Shown here: positions 8,588 through 17,337 of the stretch, in pieces
Layout: each line of letters begins with the position of its first letter
How positions within the stretch are numbered: position 1 is the stretch's first letter
DNA from: an uncultured virus (IMG/VR IMGVR_UViG_3300037419_002114)
Lineage: Duplodnaviria; Heunggongvirae; Uroviricota; Caudoviricetes
Virus record (IMG/VR): IMGVR_UViG_3300037419_002114
Reading direction: 5' to 3' (one strand)
Length of the DNA: 20,000 nucleotides
Made by a program: the position numbers and the translations under genes
Notes under the pieces: generated by a model
Seen by the model: the letters and a program-made list of their open reading frames with translations, nothing else
Told to the model about the DNA's origin: nothing
Databases searched by the model: none

Positions 8588-9487
8588 CTACCTCGTCAAC
8601 TTTGGCATAAACAAAAGTCCAGCGGAAATGATAGCCGTTGCGTGAACTGGATTTGTTTTGAGTCCGCTTAATGCTTGCATGCTTGCATAGTTATCAATCG
8701 CTTCTTGCACTTGTGCCGAAGTAGGAGTAGGAGGGGAAGTAATCACAGGTGCTGAAGGGGTCGGTGCAACATGTTCATACATCGTAGGCGGAACAGGTTC
8801 TGTTACCGTAATGGTGTGGGTCACTGTACCGTTTCCAATGCCAGGAATCGTCAACACTTGTCCGCTATAAATCACGTTCGGATTTTTAATCTTATCGGTG
8901 TTGGCGTTATAAATCGTAGGCCATTTTGTGGCATCGCCATAAAATCGCTTAGAAATTGCCCATAACGTATCGCCATTTTTTACCGTATACGTTCCGGCAA
9001 CTTGTTCGGTCACTGTACGAGTCACCGTTTTTGTGCCTGCTGGTGAGTACGTTCTCCAACGAAGAGGACGATACTGCTTAAAGGAAATATCGAAATACAC
9101 ATCACCTGGTTCTCCACCATTTTCATGATACGTAAACGAACGAACCGTAACAGGGAATGTGATATCGGTATTGGTGACCGTTAGATATAAAACCGTGGAA
9201 GCATGCATCCAGTTGATGATTTTATTTGTTGCATCATACGGTGCTAAAAAGTTTGGTGTATGGCAATAACTTGGATTGTAATCTCGTGGGAAGAAGGAAC
9301 TGAAGGACACCGAATATTGCTTCGGTGTTCCTGCAATCGTCACTTCACCATAGTTGACTACATTTATATCTTGAAACTGCGTGTCTTTGGTTACAGAAAA
9401 AGAAGAGGGATTGACAGGAAATAAAATCCTGTCATCCCCATTCGATAACCAAAATTGCATTTTTGGTTGAACTGGATACTGTATCAT
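8588..9487 (-). CDS. XkdP-like LysM-domain tail tube initiator protein
   Basis: Motifs FPVNPSS, FSSFFP, GDVYFDISFKQYR and LysM YTVKNGDTLWAISKRFYGDATKWPTIYNAN...IYSGQVLTIP. Follows the tape measure gene. Confidence 0.9.
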   Translation of the reverse strand: MIQYPVQPKMQFWLSNGDDRILFPVNPSSFSVTKDTQFQDINVVNYGEVTIAGTPKQYSVSFSSFFPRDYNPSYCHTPNFLAPYDATNKIINWMHASTVLYLTVTNTDITFPVTVRSFTYHENGGEPGDVYFDISFKQYRPLRWRTYSPAGTKTVTRTVTEQVAGTYTVKNGDTLWAISKRFYGDATKWPTIYNANTDKIKNPNVIYSGQVLTIPGIGNGTVTHTITVTEPVPPTMYEHVAPTPSAPVITSPPTPTSAQVQEAIDNYASMQALSGLKTNPVHATAIISAGLLFMPKLTR

Positions 9488-12400
9488 TATCCCATCAATC
9501 CTCCAGACACTTGAATTTCTCTTGCGAGTGCTCGTGCAATCTTATCGATATCCTCTTCGTTGCGAACGTTGAAGGTATTACCTGTTACGATAACGCCACC
9601 GCCTTCACCACTTGAAGCATTATTTCGATAGTTGCTTGCTGCCCCACGTGGTAGAATCATCTCATCTTTGTGGATGTAATGAAGTCCATCCGTAGGAACT
9701 CGCCACAATCCGCCTGCATTATGCGAAGGTGTTACGCCGCCTAATACATTGCCGACAACGTTTGTAACCGTACCGATAAATTGACCAATCGCACCGAAGA
9801 TGCCACCGCCACCACCGGAAATAGCAGGAATTGGAGCAGAGTTAATCGCTTGTGCTGCTGCGTTTTGTGTCGCTTGAATCACCTTTTGGTCACGTTGAGC
9901 AACCGCAGAACCAATTTGACTTCCAAGAACGTTTGCACCACTCGTTGCAGAAGTCGTAGACGACTGAACACTTGTCGTGATGTTATTAACATACTGCTGA
10001 AGCGTATTCTGAAGCGTAAACCCATCCTTTTGAACAGGAAGTCCGTTATTCATCAACTGTGCAATTGCCGCGTCTTGACGAGCCTTCGCTTCCGGAGCCA
10101 TTGCAAGCGGATGCTGAGGAGTTGGGTCGTATGCTCCGACTTTGTTTTTAATATACGTTTCCAACTGTTGCTGAACAATCAAATCGTCATTGAACGATGT
10201 GAACGGATTATGACCGTATTGAGCACGAGTAAACATCTTCGTAAACCACGATTGGTTCATGATGTTAGAAGGAGTATCGGCATTAGGGTCAGCCGCCTTC
10301 ATCACTTGTCCGCTACCTGTACCATATTTTTTAATATAGTTATCAGCAGTCATGGAGTTTTTAGCCATCGTGCGTTGAAGCATTGCATCTTTATCTTTTT
10401 GGGTACTTGTTGCAAGATTATTCATCGCAATGCCAGCCGCCTTTTGACCATCCCAAGCCGTAATTCCACCTAAGAGAAGATCAACGATCGGATTTCCAAG
10501 ACCTAAAAACGTACCTACTTTTCCAAGTTTACCAAAGAAAGAACCAGTACGAAGTGCTTTTGCTTCGATATTTGCATCTTCAAGTGCTTTAGCTTTAGCC
10601 GCATCTTGAAGTATTTTTTGTTGACGTGCTTCTTCCAAACTTACAACCTTACTAGAAGGTTTTGTTTCGGTTACCGTAGACGATTTCGGAATACCATTTT
10701 CTTTCGGTGTAGTTGTCTTGGTTGTTGAACCAAGTTTTGTTTCTTCCGCACCTACCGCCTTTGGAATGACTTCCTCAACTGCACCAGCACCTTTTAGTTT
10801 TTGAACAAGAGCACCACCTCCGTTTACGAGTCCAGAGATAAGCACAAAGTCTAAAAGAGTGTTTCCTAAATGCGACATATAACTTCCTGCATCGGTAGAA
10901 TCTTTCGGAGTAGCTGTGCCGTTAATCGCAAGTGTACCAAGCGTTCCTGCGATACCGCCTAGAAGGGCATTCGTAGTAGCGGTATTGGTTGCTACGGTGC
11001 TAACCGAATTAGAAACGGTAGCTGCCGCTTCAGTCGATGCAGCCTTGAAGCAATCGCAACATCCACACTCTGCAACTTGTCCGAGTGTTGGCCCGCCACC
11101 TTTCGGACTTCCGCCTGTTGGTGTTGTTCCACCACCGGGTCCAGAAGGAGGTGTCCATGTTGGAGGTTGTATGTTCATTTTCTTCGTTCCAAGAACTCGA
11201 CTCCATACATCCCAAGCATTTGTTAAAGCCGTAAGACCTGCGGTAACGAAACCTGCACCGAATAGAATCTCAACGACTCGACCAGTTCCGCCACTATCCC
11301 AAATGCCCTTCAGTGCTCCGATGATCGCATCGCCAATATCACCAAGCCACTCCTTGCCGTGTGCCTGCAATTCTTGACCAACCGCTTTAAAACCATCTTT
11401 CATAAGTCCTTTTAAGAAGTTGCCAAGAGCAGAAAGAATCGGTGCTCCAAACGTATCAAAAATGAACTTAAAACCATCAGCAAGGCTTTGACCCCACTCT
11501 TTTAGTTTCTCTTGGTTTCCTTTATCAGAAGCCCACTTTTTAATCGAATCTCCGATTACAGTTAAAGCCCCTTTAAACTTCCCACCAAGTGTAGTTGCGT
11601 TCTTAACAAGAGGGCTATTCGCAATGGTACTACCAAAATCACCGAACCATTTGCCAATCGCATTCCCAGCCTTTTGAATTTTTTCTTGGTTATCCAAAAG
11701 GAAGTTATTGATGACTTTAAACATATTGCTCAAAGGTGTTAAAAGCGGAGTGAAAAGGTTCACGCCAGTAATTTGCATTGCCGTTCCGAATTGCGATACA
11801 TCAAAACCAGTGGTCGATTGCATGTTCGAAAACATTTGGTCGAGTGTTTGCTTTTGAATGTTCGTTTCGAAATCTTTGATCGCTTGACCATTATTTTCAC
11901 CTTGATCAAACAATTGAGCAAACATACGAATCCCACGTGTACCACCGATGGTGTTAAACGCTTTATCCATCTCATCCGGTGCTAAATGGTTCTGTTCGAA
12001 TGTTTTACGAACAATGGTCGAAATGGTCTGCAAGTTTTTGAGTTCACCGTTTTGGTCATAGAAAATCGAACGACCATTCTTATCCAACCAATCTTGTTTA
12101 TTACCCTGGTCATCCGTGTAATGAAGAGATTTAAAGATGGCTTGTGCAGGTTTTGTCGAAGGCTGAAGCCTTTCCAGACCTACCTTTATGAGCGTTCCGG
12201 CATCTTGGCCTTTATATATACCCTTCTGACTCATGAGTCCAATCCATGCCGCGTTATCAAGGAAACTCATCCCTTGCTGAGCGGTAATGTTACCGGATTG
12301 CATCATACCTAATGCGATATCTTGTGGGTCGGTTACGGCTTGGTTCGAAACACCTGCGATAATGTTCGCAACCAATTCTGCACCGTTCATATTCTGTCCG

Positions 12401-13668
12401 CCCCAGTTCATACCGTTTTGCAGTTGTTTATCATGGTTGAACGTGGTAAGCATCGTAGCAATCAACTGACCGGATTTAACCGTATCAAAACCAGTTGCTT
12501 TCGAAAGTTCCATTGAGTTCATCAAAACGCCTTGCTTATAGTCGGAAGCAGAAGGAGCAAGTCCGTTTTTCGTACCTGTCATCTGATTAACAGAAATACC
12601 TGCTTTACCTAACTCTTGAACCGCTGCGAGTGTTTCATCAAGGCTAGAGCCTGTTTGAAGGGCAACGTTTCGAGTCAGCAAATCCAAAACTCCGCCACCA
12701 TTAGCATATTTTTGATCGCCTGCATCCAAAACCGTTCGAACGCCAGCGAGTCCTTTTTGATAATCAATGGCAGTCTTTAGTCCAGCAACTGTAAGTCCTG
12801 CCGTTGCAAACTCACCCATCCCTAAAATATTAGAAGGGGAAAGATATCCGCCTGCGGTTAATAGGTTTGTACTCGCTCCCACAATGGCATTTTTCGTGGT
12901 GTTAAATACACTTTTCACGCCACCTGTTCCGAGTTTTCCATAACTTTTTAAAAGAGTTGAACGTGCATCGTCAATCTCTTTATTTTGGCGGTTAATCTCC
13001 GAGTTCTGCCGAGAAACTGCAGACTTCTGTTGAATAAAATCACGATACGCATGAGAATATTCGCTATTATACGCCTGCAAGTCGTATCTACGTTGAGCCA
13101 AATCATCTCGAAATTGCATCGAGTTTGTTCGTGCATCGTAATAAGAAGCACGAGAATTGTTCAAGCCTACTCGTGAATTATTCAGTTGCTTATCGAGTTT
13201 CGCTTGTTGTTTCACGCCTGGAATAGACGCTTGAATCCGAGAAGCATTCGCAAGTTTTTCGGTTGCTTTCGCATCCTCAAGTTTTGCAGAAGTAACGGTT
13301 TTATACGCTTTCGCTTCTTCGTTTAAAAGTTTCGTACCGTTTTTAACGGTGTTCGTTAAAACCCGATCTTCCGTTTTTAATGCATCAGAGAGGGAGTTAA
13401 TAAGACCAGTGGTTTCTTTTAGTGACTTAATCATATTATTCATATAACCAAGTGACCCAGCACCGCCATATCCACCGCCGCCTAGAGCCGTACCGCCGGA
13501 CTTCATGACGTTCTTTTGTGCTTCTTCCATCAGCATTAACGCTTCGGTCGTCTTGTAAATCTGATCTTCAAACGCAATCAGTTTTGCAAGGGCTTTATCC
13601 ATTTTAGAAGAAAAGTCATCTTGAAGTTTGAGTGTTGCGGTTAAATCAAATCCACCCATTCCAGCCAC
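9487..13668 (-). CDS. Tail tape measure protein (1393 aa)
   Basis: Longest gene, after the chaperone. N-terminal LTATLKLQDDFS, TP901-type core (ELGKAGIS...GQDAGTLIK), C-terminal GGLWRVPTDG...HKDEMILP and NTFNVRNEEDIDKIA. GTG start follows RBS GAGGGGG. Confidence 0.93.
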   Translation of the reverse strand: MAGMGGFDLTATLKLQDDFSSKMDKALAKLIAFEDQIYKTTEALMLMEEAQKNVMKSGGTALGGGGYGGAGSLGYMNNMIKSLKETTGLINSLSDALKTEDRVLTNTVKNGTKLLNEEAKAYKTVTSAKLEDAKATEKLANASRIQASIPGVKQQAKLDKQLNNSRVGLNNSRASYYDARTNSMQFRDDLAQRRYDLQAYNSEYSHAYRDFIQQKSAVSRQNSEINRQNKEIDDARSTLLKSYGKLGTGGVKSVFNTTKNAIVGASTNLLTAGGYLSPSNILGMGEFATAGLTVAGLKTAIDYQKGLAGVRTVLDAGDQKYANGGGVLDLLTRNVALQTGSSLDETLAAVQELGKAGISVNQMTGTKNGLAPSASDYKQGVLMNSMELSKATGFDTVKSGQLIATMLTTFNHDKQLQNGMNWGGQNMNGAELVANIIAGVSNQAVTDPQDIALGMMQSGNITAQQGMSFLDNAAWIGLMSQKGIYKGQDAGTLIKVGLERLQPSTKPAQAIFKSLHYTDDQGNKQDWLDKNGRSIFYDQNGELKNLQTISTIVRKTFEQNHLAPDEMDKAFNTIGGTRGIRMFAQLFDQGENNGQAIKDFETNIQKQTLDQMFSNMQSTTGFDVSQFGTAMQITGVNLFTPLLTPLSNMFKVINNFLLDNQEKIQKAGNAIGKWFGDFGSTIANSPLVKNATTLGGKFKGALTVIGDSIKKWASDKGNQEKLKEWGQSLADGFKFIFDTFGAPILSALGNFLKGLMKDGFKAVGQELQAHGKEWLGDIGDAIIGALKGIWDSGGTGRVVEILFGAGFVTAGLTALTNAWDVWSRVLGTKKMNIQPPTWTPPSGPGGGTTPTGGSPKGGGPTLGQVAECGCCDCFKAASTEAAATVSNSVSTVATNTATTNALLGGIAGTLGTLAINGTATPKDSTDAGSYMSHLGNTLLDFVLISGLVNGGGALVQKLKGAGAVEEVIPKAVGAEETKLGSTTKTTTPKENGIPKSSTVTETKPSSKVVSLEEARQQKILQDAAKAKALEDANIEAKALRTGSFFGKLGKVGTFLGLGNPIVDLLLGGITAWDGQKAAGIAMNNLATSTQKDKDAMLQRTMAKNSMTADNYIKKYGTGSGQVMKAADPNADTPSNIMNQSWFTKMFTRAQYGHNPFTSFNDDLIVQQQLETYIKNKVGAYDPTPQHPLAMAPEAKARQDAAIAQLMNNGLPVQKDGFTLQNTLQQYVNNITTSVQSSTTSATSGANVLGSQIGSAVAQRDQKVIQATQNAAAQAINSAPIPAISGGGGGIFGAIGQFIGTVTNVVGNVLGGVTPSHNAGGLWRVPTDGLHYIHKDEMILPRGAASNYRNNASSGEGGGVIVTGNTFNVRNEEDIDKIARALAREIQVSGGLMG

Positions 13669-13685
13669 GTTTATCCCCCCTCTGA

Positions 13686-13910
13686 TTATTGTTTATTGCG
13701 TAACTGTTGCTTGCGTATCTCTTTTTGCCGTTTTTCAAATTCATCTTGTTCATCCTCCAACTGGGTGATCATCGATGCATAGATGAATCGCTTTTGTCCA
13801 TAGGGGAGGTTATAGATTTCATGGGGCAGAATGTGATGACGCTGAAAAATAATATGGAGCAGGCGTGCCTCTGGATCTGAGTCATCGCCTGCCCCCTTAA
13901 TTAGTCCTTT
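13686..13910 (-). CDS. -1 frameshift extension of the tail assembly chaperone (gpGT-like C-terminal part)
   Basis: The -1 frame overlapping the chaperone stop is open for 74 codons: KGLIKGAGDDSDPEARLLHIIFQRHHILPHEIYNLPYGQKRFIYASMITQLEDEQ...RNKQ*. It has no early start codon or RBS and fills the gap before the tape measure gene. Confidence 0.8.
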   Translation of the reverse strand, partial: KGLIKGAGDDSDPEARLLHIIFQRHHILPHEIYNLPYGQKRFIYASMITQLEDEQDEFEKRQKEIRKQQLRNKQ

Positions 13911-14290
13911 ATTTCGTCCTCACTGTCCGCATAGCCACTTAGTGCCATAATCTCTCCGGACAAACGAGAAATCTCACCTGGTAAGAATAGTTCCTGTACT
14001 GCATCAATGGCAGAACCATATTGTGCTACAATTTGCATATCATTGAGGTTAGGGTCAATGACACCATTTGCGATAATCAACATCCCAAATTGCACTTCAT
14101 CAAGTTGGCTTTCATTTTTCTTGCCTGGCACTGGGAATGTTGCTTGCTCACGAAGGCGTTGCAAAAGTTTGTAGTCAATCGACTGCAATTTAAAATCTGC
14201 ATCAAACCGTTTCATGTAGAATGTTTTGGTAGGTTTCGTTCCTCCAACTGCAAGCAGTTTGCTCAAAAGATCGTCATTTTTCTTAGTCAT
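13901..14290 (-). CDS. Tail assembly chaperone, XkdN-like
   Basis: Lies between tube and tape measure. Motifs IDPNLND and LFLPGEISRLSGEIMALSGY. RBS GGAGG. Confidence 0.88.
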   Translation of the reverse strand: MTKKNDDLLSKLLAVGGTKPTKTFYMKRFDADFKLQSIDYKLLQRLREQATFPVPGKKNESQLDEVQFGMLIIANGVIDPNLNDMQIVAQYGSAIDAVQELFLPGEISRLSGEIMALSGYADSEDEIKD

Positions 14291-14341
14291 CGTAATTTTC
14301 CTCCAAAGTTTTTCATAAGTTTTTGTTTTTTAGCATAATAT

Positions 14342-14370
14342 AAAAAAAGCAGGGGGCAATAAGCCCCCTT
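14342..14370 (-). terminator. Intrinsic terminator after the tail tube gene
   Basis: Minus strand AGGGGGC-TTATT-GCCCCCT followed by GCTTTTTTT. Confidence 0.8.
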
Positions 14371-14391
14371 TTAAATAAACGGTTATTCTTT

Positions 14392-15322
14392 TTATACAGG
14401 GCGAATCGTAGAAAGAAACTCGAAACTGTCGAAAGTGAACGGAAGTTCTTCTTTGACAATATCGCCAACAGTGAACTTCAACACGTCAATCTTGTCGAAA
14501 GACACGCCCTTCACACGAATGCGAAGCGATTGTCCGTTAGGCGAATCCGGGTCAGCAGCCGAGAAAATCAACTCGGTAACCCAAGGCTTTTTGGTATCGT
14601 CCATAACTTGGGCGATGTTTTCAAGGAACTCAGTCGTAACTTTATCTTTTCTACCCTGTCTTTCGACATATTTGCATAGGGAATAGACTATACCACACAC
14701 TCATTGAGTGTCCTCTTGGTAGTCGTTGGGGGCACGCCATTACGCTTATCCCTGCTGATTGTCCAATCCTAAGAATTTTTACACTTTGGTATCTTAGGCT
14801 CTAAGGAGTTTCCAGCATATTCGAGGTTTGCTATAAGCATCACTGCTTAAAGGGGCTATACGTTAACCCAGTTAAATGACCAGTTCCTTTAAAACCAACA
14901 ATCTTATTACCGATAGAACGTGTACCTGCACGTTTAATTTCGGTCTTTTGAAGGTCAACAGAGATTTCTCCACTGTCAGCATTCATCAACCATTGTCCAC
15001 CATAGTACACAGTAACGAAGTTCATTTTCTTTACGTTCTTGGCTTTTTATCCAAGACTCCTATACCTTCCTATTCGGTATAGATGAGCATACATTTTCAC
15101 CCTCGCCATTATGCGTTAGGGTGTCGAGCACTCGTGGAGAGATTATATTTATTCACTCTCTATGCGTTACACTGCTTTTACGCCTTTCGCTATCGTAAAA
15201 GTTAGCACGGTATTAGGAATCTCACCCTTCACCGTTTTTGCTCGATGATTATATAGATGCTTTCGCACCTACACGGCAACTGATTTACCGGAGATTACTT
15301 GAGAACCGTCTAAATATGCCAT
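14392..15322 (-). CDS. Tail tube protein (XkdM-like, 148 aa), split into three exons: 15322-15287, 15022-14866, 14645-14392
   Basis: ATG at 15322 follows RBS GGAAGGAG just after the sheath stop. Joined exons read MAYLDGSQVISG|NFVTVYYGGQW...KIVGFKGTGHLTG(Y)|KVTTEF...ADPDSPNG...EELPFTFDSFEFLSTIRPV. This restores the tube motifs VIxG, GTGxxTxYKV, DPD and ELPFTF. Confidence 0.92.
14646..14865 (-). ncRNA. Group I intron (220 nt, ORF-less), second intron of the tail tube gene
   Basis: 5' exon ends GGGU and pairs with the intron guide GCCC (U.G at the splice site); intron ends in G (AGAAAAG). Core elements: P AUAUGCUGGAAA, Q AAUCAGCAGG, R CAACGACUAC, S GGUAUAGUC. P7 GACUA/UAGUC, P3 CCUC/GAGG, P8 ACACUC/GAGUGU, P9 UGUC-GAAA-GACA. 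Phase-1 splicing creates the UAU (Tyr) codon of TGYKV. Confidence 0.92.
15023..15286 (-). ncRNA. Group I intron (264 nt, ORF-less, subgroup IA-like), first intron of the tail tube gene
   Basis: Junctions CCGGU^AAAUCAGUUGCCG ... AAAAUG^AACUUC. Guide AGUUGCCG pairs with the ligated junction CGGU|AACU over 8 bp including U.G. P3 UCGAGCA/UGCUCGA, P4 ACGGU/ACCGU, P7 GCAUA/UAUGC with J6/7 GUAAC, extra stem GAGAG/CUCUC between P7 and P3', P8 CACCCU/AGGGUG. Phase 0. Confidence 0.92.
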
Positions 15323-15340
15323 GGTCTATTCTCTCCTTCC

Positions 15341-16411
15341 TTATACGAAGATACTTAGGAATACTTGCTCAATCGAGTCAAGTTCTAAGTAACTCACTGT
15401 GATATAAAGTTGATCGCCAACAGATTGCTCAGTCTTATCAACACCAACTTGAATGTTCGTCAGCACTTCTGCTGCTTGAAGGGATTCAAGATAGAGTTTA
15501 ACCATCGATTGAACATAAGCCGCTCCGTTGCTATCGTTTGTGATTTGTCCGATAACGGATGCTTCAACAGAACGAGTGATCGAAGTGGAAACCGTTTGGC
15601 GAACTTTCTCTTTACGAATTTTCGTAAGATTAGTTGTGATGCCTTGCTCAAGTCGTACAAACTCGCCATTGTTTACAAGCACCAAAGAACCGTTTGCAAC
15701 TGCATTTTTAATGTCAGAGATTGCAAGGCGTTTGGTTACATCGTCAACAGGCAACTTGAGGAACGTGATGCTTTTTTGGAGAGGGCAAGAAGCAACTGCA
15801 CCAGCAACATAACTTGCGAATTGTGCAGAGTTCTGAGTTACTCCATCAGTTACAACACCACTGATAAGGTTTAATACATAGTCATCTTTCACACGAACAC
15901 TGCGAGCATTACCAATCGAAGGGTCAAGGTCATCAGCCGCTACTACACAACCAACTACTGCGAAGTAGTGTTTGCCAAGGTCACGATTTTGTTTTACCCA
16001 ACGAACGCAGTCGTCTTGTTCTGTTGCAGATACGATACCATCGTATGCGAACACATCGAAGTTATAGGTGTCAAGCACCGCACGAGCGTCATCATACGCA
16101 ATCTTTTCGGTTACAGTCGTACCATCGATTGCTTCAAGCGTATACACAAGAACTTGAGCAGCCCCTGCGGATAGAGCGTTTTTAATCGATTGAACGTTAG
16201 CCGCTCCGAACGTATTTTCTGCAGTGGTAATGTCATTGATTGTATAAACAGTTTTTGCGGTTGCAGTTCCGTATGTCACCAAAGGGATAGCGACAACCCC
16301 ACGACTTGCTACAGTCGAAGAAACCTGTGCATTTGCTAGGGAAGTAAAGCGAACATACAAACCTGGAAGGGTATTACTTGCATTAGATGTTGGATCCCAT
16401 GTTCCAGCCAC
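15341..16411 (-). CDS. Contractile tail sheath protein (XkdK-like, compact 356 aa)
   Basis: N-terminal LPGLYVRF...RGVVAIP, YVAGAVA...SITF, LEQGITT...KIRK, YLESLQ and C-terminal DSIEQVFL. Precedes the tube gene. Confidence 0.9.
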   Translation of the reverse strand: MAGTWDPTSNASNTLPGLYVRFTSLANAQVSSTVASRGVVAIPLVTYGTATAKTVYTINDITTAENTFGAANVQSIKNALSAGAAQVLVYTLEAIDGTTVTEKIAYDDARAVLDTYNFDVFAYDGIVSATEQDDCVRWVKQNRDLGKHYFAVVGCVVAADDLDPSIGNARSVRVKDDYVLNLISGVVTDGVTQNSAQFASYVAGAVASCPLQKSITFLKLPVDDVTKRLAISDIKNAVANGSLVLVNNGEFVRLEQGITTNLTKIRKEKVRQTVSTSITRSVEASVIGQITNDSNGAAYVQSMVKLYLESLQAAEVLTNIQVGVDKTEQSVGDQLYITVSYLELDSIEQVFLSIFV

Positions 16412-16427
16412 TAGAGTTCATCTCCTT

Positions 16428-16874
16428 TTAAGGAATAATTACCGTAGAAACACTCTGAATCTTAGCGAGTTCGCCTTGATCGATTGCTTCACGGGTTTGC
16501 GTTGTAAGTACGCCAACTAAAACATTCATGCTCGACTCGTTCCAAAAAGGCTGACCAAACGTAAGATGTTGTATTCTCATATATTTGAGCGTATCTTGTA
16601 TTGGAATTAAAAGCCGTTTGTTGAACGAATACGAAGCAAGATTATCAACGACATTCAAACAATCTTGAATGTTATTGCTAAAGTAAACGATTTGCCATTC
16701 GCGAGTAATCACAGAATGAGAAGCCGTTTCAAGTTTTCGATTATCGGATTGATATCGAATAACATACGTACCACTTTGAGGAGTTAAAGGTACGTTCTGA
16801 CGTTCGATAGTAGCAGTAGGGTCACAATATTGAATAAAGGAAACTACTGATTCAAGTTCCGTTATCAGCGACAT
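16428..16874 (-). CDS. Tail terminator / tail completion protein (XkdJ position)
   Basis: ATG at 16874 (MSLITELESV) follows RBS AAAGGGGTGG, next to the upstream stop. Lies immediately before the sheath gene. Confidence 0.7.
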   Translation of the reverse strand: MSLITELESVVSFIQYCDPTATIERQNVPLTPQSGTYVIRYQSDNRKLETASHSVITREWQIVYFSNNIQDCLNVVDNLASYSFNKRLLIPIQDTLKYMRIQHLTFGQPFWNESSMNVLVGVLTTQTREAIDQGELAKIQSVSTVIIP

Positions 16875-16875
16875 G

Positions 16876-17337
16876 CTACCACCCCTTTGCTCGTAATGCG
16901 GATTCAATCTCGGATTCGATAGCATCTTTCAACTGAGCATTTACCGTATCAAAGGCGACTTCAAAGTGATTCCCATATCCGATTCCTTTTTTCGGACTCC
17001 AACCTTCTTCCCCTCGTTCATACCAGTAAAGGGCGTAGTTAAAGTCACGATGTGAAAAAAGAATATGTTTTCCTGTCTTACTTCCTTTATCGCCTGCATA
17101 CGCATTATCGTAAATTTCACCAACCATCACACCGCTTGAAAAAACGGAAGCGATCGGGTTTACGACTTTGATTTCATCTTGCAAATGCCCTGTATCAATC
17201 AGTGCATCTCTTCGTGTTTCCTCAGCCCAAATTTGAAGAGCATTTTGGATTCCTTTTTGACTGGCTTTACCAATCGTTTGTGGTGTGGTTTGCATCGCAC
17301 GTTTTAACTGTGAAAGTCCTTTGATGGACAAACTCAT
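16876..17337 (-). CDS. HK97 gp10-like neck/tail completion protein
   Basis: Motifs SIKGLSQL, ALIDTGHLQDEI and FNYALYWYE. Confidence 0.82.
   Translation of the reverse strand: MSLSIKGLSQLKRAMQTTPQTIGKASQKGIQNALQIWAEETRRDALIDTGHLQDEIKVVNPIASVFSSGVMVGEIYDNAYAGDKGSKTGKHILFSHRDFNYALYWYERGEEGWSPKKGIGYGNHFEVAFDTVNAQLKDAIESEIESALRAKGW

Noticed and set aside
14392..15025. ORF-track entries 14392-14700 and 14840-15025 as separate genes, or a tube pseudogene
   Set aside because: They are exons 3 and 2 of the tube gene with intron-derived ends. Splicing gives an intact protein.
5086..16411. Headless tailocin or extracellular contractile injection system
   Set aside because: Capsid, head-tail joining genes and a probable scaffold are present, which points to a phage or prophage. 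A PBSX-like defective particle cannot be excluded from this window.
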